Positions 24,652 to 38,816 of a DNA stretch of 64,000 nucleotides are shown one piece after another. Position 1 is the first letter of the stretch. The number at the start of each line of letters is the position of its first letter. Origin of the DNA: Octopus sinensis (lineage: Eukaryota); assembly GCF_006345805.1 (NCBI RefSeq), contig NC_043007.1:10416001-10480000 (forward strand), read 5' to 3'. A program made the translations under genes and the position numbers. Below the pieces are notes generated by a model. The model was not told where the DNA came from, ran no database searches, and worked only from the letters and a program-made list of their open reading frames with translations.

Positions 24652-25629
24652 CATACATACATACATAGATAGTGGTTGGTCAATGCGTTTCCGGATTGTT
24701 GCCATAGTACCGAAGCTAAAGCACGATGAGTAAAGCCGCTTGTCACAGATTGACCTTGAACCCTGTGCACTAAGTTTTAACGTTCTAGCTAACTTCCGCT
24801 GTTTACAGCAGTGCTTGGAAGGATGGTGTGTAGCGTGTGATCGTCGCACTGACCATGACAGAGAAAGTTGAGTAGAGAATCTGCATCAAATTTTTCCAAA
24901 AGCTTGGCGATACCTGTTCATAAGCCTACGCAAAGTTGAAGAGTAACATAGAAAAGAAAGAAAAATAAATAGAGGATATAAAAAATGGATTCATTCAACG
25001 AAATGATGTGAAATCTTTATCAAGACGATTGATATGCAATTTTTGCAGGGTAATATGAACGCGTTTTTCCGTTCACTTCTTTCGTTTCGTTTTCTGCAGG
25101 CCACCATCTTGTTGACGATAGCAAATTCTGATAGTAAATATCAGTACTTGATTGGTGTGTCATTTCTCGACGCCGAAACAATGAAATGCAAACCTGTACC
25201 CGGCGGGGTTTGAATTCAAAGATTAGAAAGACTGATAAAGCACTGCAATACATTCTGTTCGATGCTCGAAAATTTTTGTTAATTTGCTGCCTTGCTCACT
25301 TTGTCTAGATGTGTGCATGTCAGATTTCTGTATCTCTGAGAGAGAAGAGAGAGAAGAGGGGGGAGACGGGGGAGAAGAAGAAGAGGATAAAGAAGAAGAA
25401 GAAGAAGAAGAAGACTAGAGGGAACAAAAAGCAAGCAGAAGAGAAAAGAAGAAATGGATGAGAAGGAGGAGGGAGAGGAGGAAGGAGAGGATGAGGGAGA
25501 GGAGGACGAGGAGGACGAGGAGGAGGAGGAAGAAGAAGAAGAATTTGGAAATATTTGATCTGTGGGAATTGTCTGTTAGTTTCGTAAATTTTCGCATCCG
25601 TTACATATCTCGGACTGATGTGACCTATT

Positions 25630-26859
25630 TTATTTCCGTTTTACTCCAAACATCTTTTTAATTTCGTCTATAAAATTTTGGTTCCTGTAGCTGTAAACAA
25701 TGGGATTTGAGCAAGAACTGATGTAAAAACTATGTCGTGCAAACCAATAGAAAAAAGCTGCTGTTGTCGAAACCGAGCTTAGTGATTTCACAACTGCGTT
25801 TACTATCAAGGTAGTAATGCAGGGCAAATAAGTTACTATAAAGACTACTGTAATCATCATCATCGTTATAGTGGTACGCTTTATCCTGTCGGCTTGTTCT
25901 TTTGCTCGTCTTTCTTTGTCCGCTTCTCGTAATTTAGTCATACGAGGTGCCATACTTTCCGTATTTACCTTTGATATTTCATCCGAGGAAACTTTAGATG
26001 ACATTTCGGGAGCAGACAATTCAACTACATCTAGAGAATCGTTCGAAGGTAATTGATTAGAATCAACCGTTTCTGGTACGTTATAAAAATTTTGTCGAAT
26101 CTTATCGGGACAGGGGATGCTTGTAGCAACTTCCTTATTTTGTTGGGATTCGATATGTGTTTTTTTCTCCATCGCCTTCATATGTCGAAGAAGTATGGTG
26201 TACAGAACTACGAGAACAACAAACGTAACCATTGCTACGAGAAAGTAGAAAGCAAAAAACCCAAGTTGATAATAATTTGGCTTCTTGTAGTTTTTTGCTG
26301 AGCAGGAATAGCTGTAGATTCCTGGATATTTCGTCGGTTTCTTGATACTTCCATAGTAAATAAAAGCAATACTTCCCTGTATTGCACAGAAAATAAAAAT
26401 ACAGGCTGTGATGATTTTCGCAGCTTTCATTGTTATCTGAGACTTCAGTGGTTGGCATACTTTTCTGTATCTATCCGTTGCAATGGCCAGTAAAAAACCA
26501 CAGTTACAAAGTCCAGTAAATACTGATAGGCTCAAATGGAACTTGCACAATATATCCCAGATTGTCATCATAGGATAAACATTTTGGACAATACGAGCTG
26601 GTGTCACAAAGACACACAGGGTCAAATCAGCACAAGCCAGCATCACGACAAAGAAATAAGTTGGTGATAATTTCAAACGGAATCCATAAACGTAAATAGT
26701 TAAAATGTTTCCAACAAAACCTGTGGTCATAGTTAATGCAATAAGAATAGTAAACGGAAGTCTTATCAAAACTTGTTGTCTGTTGAGTTCTTCGATGGTG
26801 ACATTAAATTCCGTACCGTTTGTGGTTCTATTCTGCATTGAGTCCGTGAATGACAACAT
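25630..26859 (-). CDS. Class A (rhodopsin-like) orphan GPCR, 409 aa, single coding exon
   Basis: Seven hydrophobic segments, GN (TM1), LACADL (TM2), Cys at TM3 top and ECL2 (YSYSC), TDRY, NPIVY, three N-terminal NxT sequons, ATG to stop intact. Confidence 0.96.
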   Translation of the reverse strand: MLSFTDSMQNRTTNGTEFNVTIEELNRQQVLIRLPFTILIALTMTTGFVGNILTIYVYGFRLKLSPTYFFVVMLACADLTLCVFVTPARIVQNVYPMMTIWDILCKFHLSLSVFTGLCNCGFLLAIATDRYRKVCQPLKSQITMKAAKIITACIFIFCAIQGSIAFIYYGSIKKPTKYPGIYSYSCSAKNYKKPNYYQLGFFAFYFLVAMVTFVVLVVLYTILLRHMKAMEKKTHIESQQNKEVATSIPCPDKIRQNFYNVPETVDSNQLPSNDSLDVVELSAPEMSSKVSSDEISKVNTESMAPRMTKLREADKERRAKEQADRIKRTTITMMMITVVFIVTYLPCITTLIVNAVVKSLSSVSTTAAFFYWFARHSFYISSCSNPIVYSYRNQNFIDEIKKMFGVKRK

Positions 26860-26885
26860 TCTTTTCCGATTTTGGGGTGTATTTT

Positions 26886-26905
26886 CTAAATAGAAAAAAA
26901 AAAGA
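26886..26905 (-). promoter_or_regulatory. Putative 3' splice acceptor just upstream of the GPCR ATG
   Basis: Minus strand: ttttttttttctatttag| followed by 26 nt to ATG; the paralog has ttttctttcag| 39 nt before its ATG. Confidence 0.6.
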
Positions 26906-27167
26906 TAGAAAGACTTGAGTAGGACAAAAATAGAAGAGATCCAAAAAGAGTTTTACACAAGAGTAAGGTTGATTCTGAAAACTAAGATCAACCCTAAATA
27001 TCGTAGCGTTACTATTAATACCTTTGCTATGAGTGTGAAGCAATATGGTTTTAATGTCACATTGGAACCTATCTGAACTTTGGAGAATGACCTGGAAAAC
27101 ACGAAAACATCTCACAGCCACCGAAATGTACCATCCCAAGACAGATATCGACCGCCCATCTCCACCT

Positions 27168-27396
27168 ATTTCTTTACTACCCACAAGGGGCTAAACACAG
27201 AGGAGACAAACAAGGACAGACAAACGGATTAAGTCGATTATATCGACTCCCAGTGCGTAACTGGTACTTATTTACTCGACCCCGAAAGGATGAAAGGCAA
27301 AGTCGACCTCGGCGGAATTTGAACTCAGAACGTAACGGCAGACGAAATACCGCTTAGCATTTCGCCCGACGTGCTAACGTTTCTGCCAGCTCGCCT
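27168..27396 (-). mobile_element. SINE family B monomer with 12-bp TSD
   Basis: ccatctccacct at 27156-27167 and ccatctctacct at 27397-27408. Confidence 0.88.
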
Positions 27397-27659
27397 CCAT
27401 CTCTACCTGCCTAGAAAAGGTGGAAGGCAACTAAACCAAGTTGAATTATCCTATAAAAAAACCCACGATTGGCATGAAAACATATGCAAACAAAACCAGA
27501 GACTGGATAATGATATAAGTAAAAGACCGTAAAAACAAGGAAAGACTCCACTCCGCAATGAAAAGAAAGAAACGTTAAGTACAGAAGAAAGCTAAAGGTG
27601 AATAATATAGAAAATGAAAATGCAGTTAACCTATCACCAGTCAATGTAGTCGGAATGTA

Positions 27660-27990
27660 AATAATTGAAACACAGTCTAAAGACCTTAAAACTCTGTAAG
27701 ATAGATCACACAGTTTCAGAATGCTCCACTTTGGCTTTATATGAATATAAATCTAGGCATAATCAAGATGGTCAATATATTCACTGGACAATATGCAAAC
27801 ATTACGATGTAGACCAAGGAAAAACTGGCATAAACACCGTTCCTTATCAGCAATCTAAGCAAAAGACACAATAATTTTAAGGGACTTTACTGAACACGTA
27901 GACCGCACCATGAATGCCAATCGGCCTGATATTAGCTTTAAAGATTTTAAAAAATAAAACATTTCTTATCATTGAAATGAATATACCATT
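27660..27990 (+). mobile_element. Degenerate R4/Dong-like RLE fragment
   Basis: DHTVSECSTLALYEYKSRHN..YIHWTICKHY; NANRPDI. Confidence 0.75.
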
Positions 27991-28499
27991 TTGATATGAA
28001 ATTTTGAATTACATTTCTGGAGAGTTAACTTGGGATCCCTTGACGACGATGCAACCTTCATATAATTAAGGTATCTTCGGTCCTATGAGTAGCTGGCTGA
28101 GTACCCTTCGTTTAGTAATCATTATATCAGAGGATCTGCTAGCTACGAAACATATGTAGGCTGGATTTTACCTACTTTTTACAATGTTTTCAAATCTTTT
28201 GTTATCTTCTCGATCTCAAACTGTCTGCTTTAATCAAGAAAGGCTCAGGAATTTTTGATTATCCAATTTCAAACTTCCTTTCCTTTGCCCAGCATCACAT
28301 TACACTTACATTTCGATTAGTCGCAATGGTGTTATTTCCCTAACCCGAGACTCTCTACTTTAATCAAGTAGTCTCTTATATGTAGGCGTGACTGTGTGAT
28401 AAGAAGCTTCTATGGTTCCGAGTTCAGTGCCACTGCGTGGCACCTTGGGTAAGTGTCTTCGACCAAAGCCTTGTGAGTGGATTTAGTAGACGGAAACTG

Positions 28500-28538
<39 letters not shown>

Positions 28539-28548
28539 TATATATATA

Positions 28549-28620
<72 letters not shown>

Positions 28621-28655
28621 ACTGGATTGGTGCCTATATATATATGTATATATAT

Positions 28656-28711
28656 ATAACTGAAGAGATGGGTTGGATTTCCACCTCGGCATCCGAAACT
28701 CAGAGTTTTAT
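28656..28711 (+). ncRNA. Type-I hammerhead motif
   Basis: ataa CTGAAGA gatg..catc c GAAA CTC A GAGT T ttat; stem III ACTC/GAGT, GUU triplet. Confidence 0.65.
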
Positions 28712-28865
28712 CTTGGCTACCGAATAATTGTCACATATTATTTTACAGATAAATTTCCTCTATTTACTTAGTATTGAGGTCTCTTTCTTTTGTTATCTTA
28801 CCGTCTTTACCAACACACACACACGCACACACACACACACACACCACACACACACACACACACAC

Positions 28866-28949
<84 letters not shown>

Positions 28950-28959
28950 TATATATATA

Positions 28960-29196
28960 TTGGGTTGGTGCATAATTATTGTGGCTTTTTCAGCAAATTT
29001 TATTCAGCAAAAACAACAACATGTAAGAAAAACATCTTTAAATGAATATTTCGGATCATATTGACTATCTACTTCAATTATTGCTTCCCATTTGCTTGGC
29101 AGACGGTCATACCGTCATTAAAATATTAAATGTTAAATATTGTTTTTGTTGATAAAGATTTGTTGAAAAAAACTGAAATAATTATGCACCAACCCA
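28960..29196. mobile_element. Mariner-type MITE
   Basis: 21-bp perfect TIR ttgggttggtgcataattatt / aataattatgcaccaacccaa, flanked by TA. Confidence 0.9.
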
Positions 29197-29858
29197 ATAT
29201 ATATATGTATAAATTTATGTGTGTGTTTGTGTCTGCGTTTGTCCCTCCACCACCATTGCTTGACAACTGATGTTGGCGTGTTTATGTCTTCGTAACTTAG
29301 CGGTGCGGCAGAAGTGACCGATAGAATAAGCACCAGGCTTACAAAGAATAAGTCCAGGGGTTTATTTCTTCGACTAAAAGGTGGTGCTACAGCATGGCCA
29401 CAGTCAAACAAGTAAAAGAGTAAAAGAGAAAGTGTACTACTTGCTGTACACTTATTAAAATATTTTGAATAAAATAGGAAATACTTATGAAAAGAAGATA
29501 TTGTACTTACCCGAGGTGCGCGTAAGATACGCGGGTTTAGTGATAACTACACAACAAAGAATAAGTGAGCTGGAGCCAGAAGATTCGTAGCACGGGACCT
29601 ATCTATGACCACCATTAGACAAATTGAAGCGAATATGTAGAAACCTTAAATGTTTGCTTGATGAATATAGACAAGGCAATATATTTCCTGCAAACGGACA
29701 CTACTTTCCACTAGGATGTCCTCAGACACGTTCAGCGAAATACACTTAATTGTTGATATTAATTATGATATTAGTAACACAATTTTGTATTATCAGACTA
29801 AAAAGGGAACAAAAAGGAAGCATGTATATCGTCATCTTTCTTACGAAAATGAAAGTGT

Positions 29859-29890
<32 letters not shown>

Positions 29891-29952
29891 TGTATGTATG
29901 TATGTATGTATGTATGTATGCATGCATGTATGTATGTATGTATGTATGTATG

Positions 29953-30035
<83 letters not shown>

Positions 30036-30097
30036 TTGTCTGTCTGTCTGTCTGTTTGTCTGTTTGTCTGTCTGTCTATCTATCTATTTATCTATCG

Positions 30098-31260
<1,163 letters not shown>

Positions 31261-31319
31261 AGCACACACACACACACACACGCACACACACACACACACA
31301 CACACGCACACACACACAC

Positions 31320-31368
<49 letters not shown>

Positions 31369-31378
31369 CATATATATA

Positions 31379-31893
31379 TTACACGAAAAAATGCGAGCAT
31401 GAAAAGTAATATTCTTAAAATTATAAACCTGGAAGAGTACAAGGATAAGTTATTACACCTGTAAAAGTATAGGACAAGCTATTCACGTAAAGTAAAGAAT
31501 AAGAAACTTTTTACACAAAATATTGCAGCAAAGAATGCCAGTTCTTCTAATTTATTACTCTTTACAGTTCTTATCTTTTAAATTTATTGTACAAAACTGT
31601 TCAGCTAATTTGTATGTTTGTATAATTAGTCACTTTTTTCTGGTTATAAGGAAGTAAATTAGCCAATTTCTACTAAAATAAGTATAATGTTATTTGTAAA
31701 CTATAATAAATTAAGGTTCAATATTCAAATTTTAATTTTAGCTGCAATATTTTGAGTAAAAAGTTTCTTATTCTTTACTTCACTTGAAGTAATAGCTTGT
31801 CCTATACTTTTACAGGTATAATAACTTGTCCTGTTCTTTTCCAGGTTTATAATCTTAAGAATATTACTTTTCATGCTCACATTTTTCCATGTA
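31379..31893. mobile_element. MITE with ~135-bp TIRs, superfamily unassigned
   Basis: ttacacgaaaaaatgcgagcatgaaaagtaatattctta.. / ..taagaatattacttttcatgctcacatttttccatgtaa. Confidence 0.75.
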
Positions 31894-32944
31894 ATCCATG
31901 ATTTTACCAGGCATTGCTGTTATAAGATAATACTGTGTCAATTAATAATTTAAGATTTTATCTTATAAAATACTGAAAGATAATATTTCAATTTTTCTAT
32001 GTAAGTGATAATAATATTTCAAATTTTCTATGTAAGTGATAATAATATTTCAATTTTTTCATGTTTAATTCAAATATATGTTGTGATTGAATTATTTTAT
32101 ATTACCCATCCACACCAAATTGATGACAGGGATTTTTACCATGTTGTTGGTTGCACCATGGCTCACCAAAAGTTACAAACAACAAGACCCCCAAACCATC
32201 AGTTACCAGGCCCACCTTAAGTAATCTAATTTTGCAATATTGAGAGGTCACAGGAATCATTCAACGAAAAAATTTTCAAATGATTCCGGGATTGGGGGAG
32301 GGACTCCCCAGCATTTTTTCGAACCAAAATAAGGGTTTAACAGCATTTTAGGAGTACTTGATTCCACGCAAAAAATCAAAATTTTTTTTCTTTTTTCCTT
32401 AGTGAAAATCGTGCGGGTGTTAATATAGAAATTTACCACAACGTTGTTATTTAGCCTCAAATCAACCCTGATACTGCAAACCTATCTTCAAAGACATTCC
32501 AGCCTTCAGCAAACCATCTTTTTAGGGATAATCTAGGACATTACATACAATGGGCGTGTGATTTAGGTTAGGGGATACTTGCTATAGCACTTCAAGGCAA
32601 CACAGCGGAACAGGGGCAACCTTAAAATCTCTGAGGTCATCATCATACACCACAAGAAACCTATGATAAACAACAGAAGAGAGTTACAGGCAGCTAGCTG
32701 GTTGCTATAGCAACACCTTTCAGCGCATGTCCACTCCACACACGCTCACACACACGCACATCGGTAACATTCTTTTATATTCTTGAAAATGAGGTCATAA
32801 CCCCGAAATATTAAATACAAAGAAAGACTACATAAGTTATTATATTTGTTTTCTTGTGATTTGCCTTGTATTTACGTCGCATTGTTTTGGCCTTACCCAC
32901 GATCCTTTGTACAATATATGTATGTGTGTGTATGTGCGTATATG

Positions 32945-32976
<32 letters not shown>

Positions 32977-33108
32977 TGTATGTATGTATGTATGTATATT
33001 ATATATATATATAGTGTTAATCCAAACATGAAAACACAAAGAGAAAACACAACAACGCGAGGACGTGGAACAAGTATTGTATTATTGAACGCTCAGGAAA
33101 GAAGGAGG

Positions 33109-33143
33109 GTTCAACGTTTCGAGCGGAGCTCTTCGTCAGAAAC
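33109..33143 (-). ncRNA. Ultra-minimal hammerhead inside the pLTR-like repeat 33016-33214
   Basis: Minus strand: gttt CTGACGA a gagc tcc gctc GAA ACGT T gaac. Confidence 0.6.
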
Positions 33144-33237
33144 ATAGGAAAAGGAAAGATCCAAAGAAGGGAAGACAGAGGGAAAAAAATCGCCAACGGT
33201 ACACACGCGGTCACATTTTGGTATGTATGTACGCATG

Positions 33238-33302
<65 letters not shown>

Positions 33303-33321
33303 TACATACATACATAAATAC

Positions 33322-33360
<39 letters not shown>

Positions 33361-33734
33361 TGAGTGTGTGTTTGTGTTTTGTATGTATACAAAATTGCAT
33401 AACGACAAACTATGAGATAAGATGATAAATTTGACATAAGTTTTGACAACAGCCCTGCAATAATATCCCAATATGTGTTAATATCAAGTTAACAGTTTGG
33501 GTGTGTTAATTGTTAAAAGTAGTTTATTTACTCGAATTTCTTCCATGCCTAGCTTCTAAAAAATGATATCAACAAGAAAACAAATCAAATGACTCGAACA
33601 CAAAATCGTAAGAGAATAATAACATTTTAATTCATTGTAGAGAAGAAAAAGGAAACTGAAAAGCAGGTATTGTTTTACCATGTCCAAACGTACAAGAACG
33701 TGTTGAATAAAACAGCACATACACTTACCCTCTC

Positions 33735-33945
33735 TCTTTTACTCTTTTACCTGTTTCAGTCATTTGGCTGTGGCCATGCTGGGGCACCGCCTTTAGTCGA
33801 GCAAATCGACCCCAGGACTTATTCTTTGGAAGCCTAGTACTTATTATATCGGTCTCTTTTGCCGAACCGCTAAGTTACGGGGACGTAAACACACCAGCAT
33901 CGGTTGTCAAGCGATGTTGGGGGGACAAACGCAGATACACAAACA
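33735..33945 (-). mobile_element. SINE family A tail
   Basis: Near-identical to 16524-16730. Confidence 0.85.
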
Positions 33946-33949
33946 CACA

Positions 33950-34441
33950 CACACATACATGCATGCATGCATACATACATACGTACATATATACATACAT
34001 ACATACATGCATGCATGCTTGCATACATACATACATAATACATACATACATACATACATACATGCATGCATGCATGCTTGCATGCATACATACATACATA
34101 CATACATACACGCTTGCATGCATACATACATACATACATACATACATACATGCATGCTTGCATACATACATGCATGCATGCATGCATACATACATACATG
34201 CATGCATGCTTGCATGCATACATACATACATGCATGCATGCATGCATGCATACATACATACATACATACATACATACATGCATGCATGCTTGCATACATA
34301 CATACATACATACATACATACATACATGCATGCATGCATGCATACATACATACATACATACTTACATACATACATACATGCATGCATGCTTGCATGCATA
34401 CATACATACATACATACATACATACATACACATACATACAT
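33950..34441. repeat. (CATA)/(CATG) compound microsatellite
   Basis: Direct reading; source of the MYVC/HTYI ORFs. Confidence 0.95.
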
Positions 34442-35499
34442 ACAAAAATACCATGCTGTTATTGTTGAAGTTCCAATGTAGGAGCCTTGGATCTAGGTTA
34501 GAAACCGGCTCTTTCTCTATTGGCAAGAAATCTTGAAATAAAACTGCTTAAAGGTATACATACGTACATCTTTCATAATTTACAGATTTCAGTCATTAGA
34601 CGGCGACCATGCTGGGGCACTGCCTACACGAATTTTTAGTCGATGATCCAATACTTAGTGTTTTAAAATCTTGGTACTTATTCTATCGTTTCCTTTTGCC
34701 GAATTGCTAAGTTACTGGAACTACAACTAGCCATTGTCCACTGTGGTCGTAGTTTAACCTCAAGCTATTTTTAGAAAGGAATGCAAAAGACACACTTGCT
34801 GACAAACACAAGCACTCAAAAGCATGCTGCTATCTCAATCTGTTAGTAACTTTCCATCCATTAGGATGTGAACGAATATTTGTTAATTTTTGCCCTGAAG
34901 AGATTTTTACTTTTAAATGCATAATGCAGTTTTAATTGCAAAATATGAATGAAAGTAAGAAATTGAAATGTACGTAGGCGATATGAAATTCACTATTATA
35001 CCAATAAATTGATTTTTTTTTGTGTTCAAAGTTTCCATTTTCTTTATATCATATAATTAAAATTCTGTTCTCCTAAATGGAATGGATGAAAACATCTATA
35101 GCGACAACTGGAACTTCATAAATGTCAACACTGATAATAACACAAATTAATGAAATCAAAAGTATATTAATCGATATGGAGCTAAACCGGTGTACGTTTG
35201 GATAAAATACATCCCTTTGAAAGAGCAACCTCTTTACATTCAAAGCTTCATAGATATACGGATACAGACCGTGGGTGGTTAACCAGCTGGAAAAGATGTT
35301 TTCCTGGGGTTAAAACAACAGAAACATTGTCCTTTGCAGGATTGCCACGTTATGTTGGCATATAAGCATCACTATCCGGTACTGTTGCTGTATGTCTCAC
35401 GCTCAGAGATTTAAGACATGCTGCTTTTCTCGATACGAGATCAGCGACTGTGTGTTGCTGAATAATAAATATATAGTATTTGTGGGTGGAGATTACGGA

Positions 35500-36450
35500 A
35501 ACATAAAAATCTGGAGTTCTGGAGCTGATGAACGCTTTGAACGCACTTTCAGCATCGGTTTGATTTTTGCACTCCTTCTCTCCCAGGAGACCATCAAGGT
35601 GCTTGAAAAAGAGATAGTCGGTAGGAGAAAGGTCCGGGAAATAAGCTGGGTGGGGGAAGAATTCGTAGCCAGTTTCCCATAACTTTTGGAGCGTCATTAG
35701 TGAAACATGCGGCCGAGCATTGTCATGAAAAATTATTGTCCCTCATCTGTTGACCAGTCAAGGACAAAGGAGTAGTAGTTTTTCGTTCATTTTTGACAAT
35801 TTCACGGCAATATCTGCAGTAATGGCTTTTCTGGGTTTTAAGTTACAGTGGATGAGTCCACCAGTACACTACCAATCAGTCACACAACCTTCTTTTTGAA
35901 GAGCTCGGATTTAGGGAAAGTCTTCGGTGCTTCATTTTGGTCCAAGCACCTCGAAAAACATTTTTTATTATTCTACAGAATCCCCTTTTCATCGCAAGTT
36001 ACAATACGGTCGAGAAATGGATCGGCTTGGTTACGGAGAAGAAGCAACGTGCAAATTTCATATCTGCGCATTTTCTGATTTCCAGTCAAATCGTTTGGTA
36101 TCCATTTGTCGAGCTCTCTTGATTTTCCAATTGCATGCAAATGGCTACAGGCAGTTATTTTGGCTAACTTGAAGTTCTTTTGCCAGTTCTCGGGTGGATT
36201 TATGTGGATCTTTCTCAATGAGGGATCCTTTTCAGTGACGCTCTCGATGACAGATGGGTATCCACTACGCTCACGATCTTCAAGGCTCAAGTCTCCACTG
36301 TGAAATCGTTTAAATAATTTTCGAACTGACCACTCACTGGTCATTTTCTTACCAAACGTTTCGTTGATATCGCGATCAGTTTCAGTTGCTTTACGTCCTT
36401 TTTTGAAGTTGAATAGAAAAATTACTCAAATATCGCGCTTTGAAATCCCA
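35500..36450 (-). mobile_element. Degenerate mariner transposase
   Basis: KWIPNDL, FLDRIVTCDEK, HDNARP remnant, PHPAYFPDLSPTDY. Confidence 0.92.
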
Positions 36451-36719
36451 TTTCAGATGATTGTAACAACGTTGAAAAAATATCAATGTTAATTAATTGA
36501 TGCTTTTGGGTAAGTCTATGTCAGTATTACCAGACAATTGTACAAAGATGTTTTAAAAGAATTCAAAACCCTGCAAAAATCCGCTACAAATTCTTCATGG
36601 TTAAAAACGTTGTTTACTCAACCTGATAGATTCAAATTTAGCTCCAGGATCAGATGGTCTCCCAGCCATACTATTGAAAACTTGCAAAAACAACCTCGCC
36701 AAGTCATTAAAGTTGCTAT

Positions 36720-38185
36720 TTCATAAATCGCTTGAAACTGGCAAATTCCCAGAATTATTGAAAGAAGCAACAATAACACCTATCCATAAAGGAGGTAGCA
36801 AGGCTTAAGCTAAAAATTACAGACCTATTTCTCTCAAATCTCGCATATCTAAAATTATAGAACACATTGTCGGAAAAAGAATAACTGCATATCTTGAGGA
36901 AAACAACCTCTTAAATAATACACAGCATGGTTCCAGACTGGACGAGGTTACCTGACACAACTATTACAACACCATAAAACTATTCTCAATAATCTCCTGA
37001 ATAGAAAGGACACTGACTGCATATACCTTGATTTTGCTAAAGCATTTGACAAGATTGATTATGGAATCATCAGTCATGGGATAAAGGGATCTTGGTATCA
37101 TAAGAAAACTGGGAGAATGGTTCTTTGGCTTCCTACAGGATATGAATCAATCTGATGCAGCAAACGGTTATCTCTCTGCAAAGTCACCCGTAATAAGTGG
37201 AATACCTCAGGTTAACCCTATCAGGCATAAGCTCACAGGTGCAATCGGCCAAGCAAATGAGTTACGCCGCCGACAGCACAAAAATATCAATAGTTATCCA
37301 AACTCTAGAAGATTCCATCACACTCCAGAATGACCTAAACATCATTTATCAATGGGCGAATAAAAATAATATGAAATTGAATACATCAAAATTTCAGGCC
37401 CTTCATTATTGAAGGAATAGACACAAATCCTAATATTTGGCACCAGATAATACAATGATTCAGAGCGCTGACGACATACGGGATTTAGGAATACTCATGT
37501 CAAATGGAGCATCTTTCATCGGTCACATCACCAAACTGACCTCTAAATGCAGACACCTCATAGGATGGATCCTACGAACCCTCACAACAAGAGAACTGGT
37601 AGTTGTGCTAACTTTATGGAAAACCTTAGTCCTGAGCAGATTAGATTACTGCTTACAGCTTTGATCTCCAAATTTTTCCGTTCTCATAGAAGAAATTGAA
37701 GGGTTACAAAGAACAGTAAAATAACTTTGGTTAATGGCCTTAATTACTGGGAACGCCTGAAAACTCTGCGTCTCTACTCTCTGAACGCCGAAGAGAGAGA
37801 TATACTATTATATACGTATGGAAGATCCTGGAGGGGCATGTTCCAAACATTGGCATTACTGTGAATTTTAATGGACGAACTGGTAGGTACTGTCAGCTTC
37901 CAAATATACCATCTTCAAACTCACGAGCAAAAACTCTCTACTGTACCAGTCTAATAAACAGAGGTCCTCAAGTATTAACTGTTTACCTAAAGAGATTAGA
38001 AATATAAAAGGGACCCCTACTGAAACTTTAAAAAAAATTTGAATGAACTCCTAACGACGATACCGGACCAACAAACCATTCAACGATACTCTCAGAGGAG
38101 ATCAGCGACTACAAAATTGATCATCGACCAACTTTCAATCATAAAGCAACCACACAACTAAAGAGAAAAACAAAAATTAAGGTGG
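36720..38185 (+). mobile_element. CR1/Jockey-group LINE RT and 3' end, degenerate
   Basis: IHKGGS..NYRPISL, YLDFAKAFDK, SGIPQ, YAADST(K), LQNDLNIIYQW, RDLGI, LSRLDYC. Confidence 0.88.
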
Positions 38186-38333
38186 TGCTCCAGCATGGCC
38201 GTAGTCCAGCGACAGAAATCACTAAAAGAATATCAGAATATACATGTATATATACATTTATATATAGACATACAGAGAAAGAGAGTAACATTGGTACTCA
38301 GTTCCACACGAAAAGTTCCAGTTATTAAATATA

Positions 38334-38816
38334 TATTTCTTTACTACCCACAGGGGGCTAAACACAGAGGGGACAAACAAGGACAGACAAACGGATTAAG
38401 TCGATAACATCAACCCAAGTGCGTAACTGGTACTTGTTTAATCGACCCCGAAAGGATGAAAGGCAAAGTCGACCTCGGCGGAATTTGAACTCAGAACGTA
38501 ACGGCAGACGAAATACTGCTACGCATTTCGCTCGGCGTCCTAACGATTCTGCCAGCTCGCCGCCCCAGTTATTAAATATATATATTTCTTTATTGCCCAC
38601 AAGGGGCTAAACACAGAGGGGACAAACAAGGACAGACAAACGGATTAAGTCGATTACGTCGACCCCAGTGCGTAACTGGTTCTTAATCTATCGAAGCCCG
38701 AAAGGATGAAAGGCAAAGTCGACCTCGGCGGAATTTGAACTCAGAACGTAACGGCAGACGAAATACTGCTACGCATTTCGCTCGGCTTGCTAACGATTCT
38801 GCCAGCTCGCCGCCTA
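38334..38816 (-). mobile_element. Two full-length family B SINEs in tandem
   Basis: Each ends in ccagctcgccgcc; ccagttattaaatata occurs three times (38318, 38565, 38817). Confidence 0.92.

Larger units (their letters stand above)
28383..29430 (+). mobile_element. SINE family A split by nested insertions
   Basis: Head at 28383-28500 (taggcgtgactgtgtgataagaagc..gacggaaactga), tail at ~29225-29430. Confidence 0.75.
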
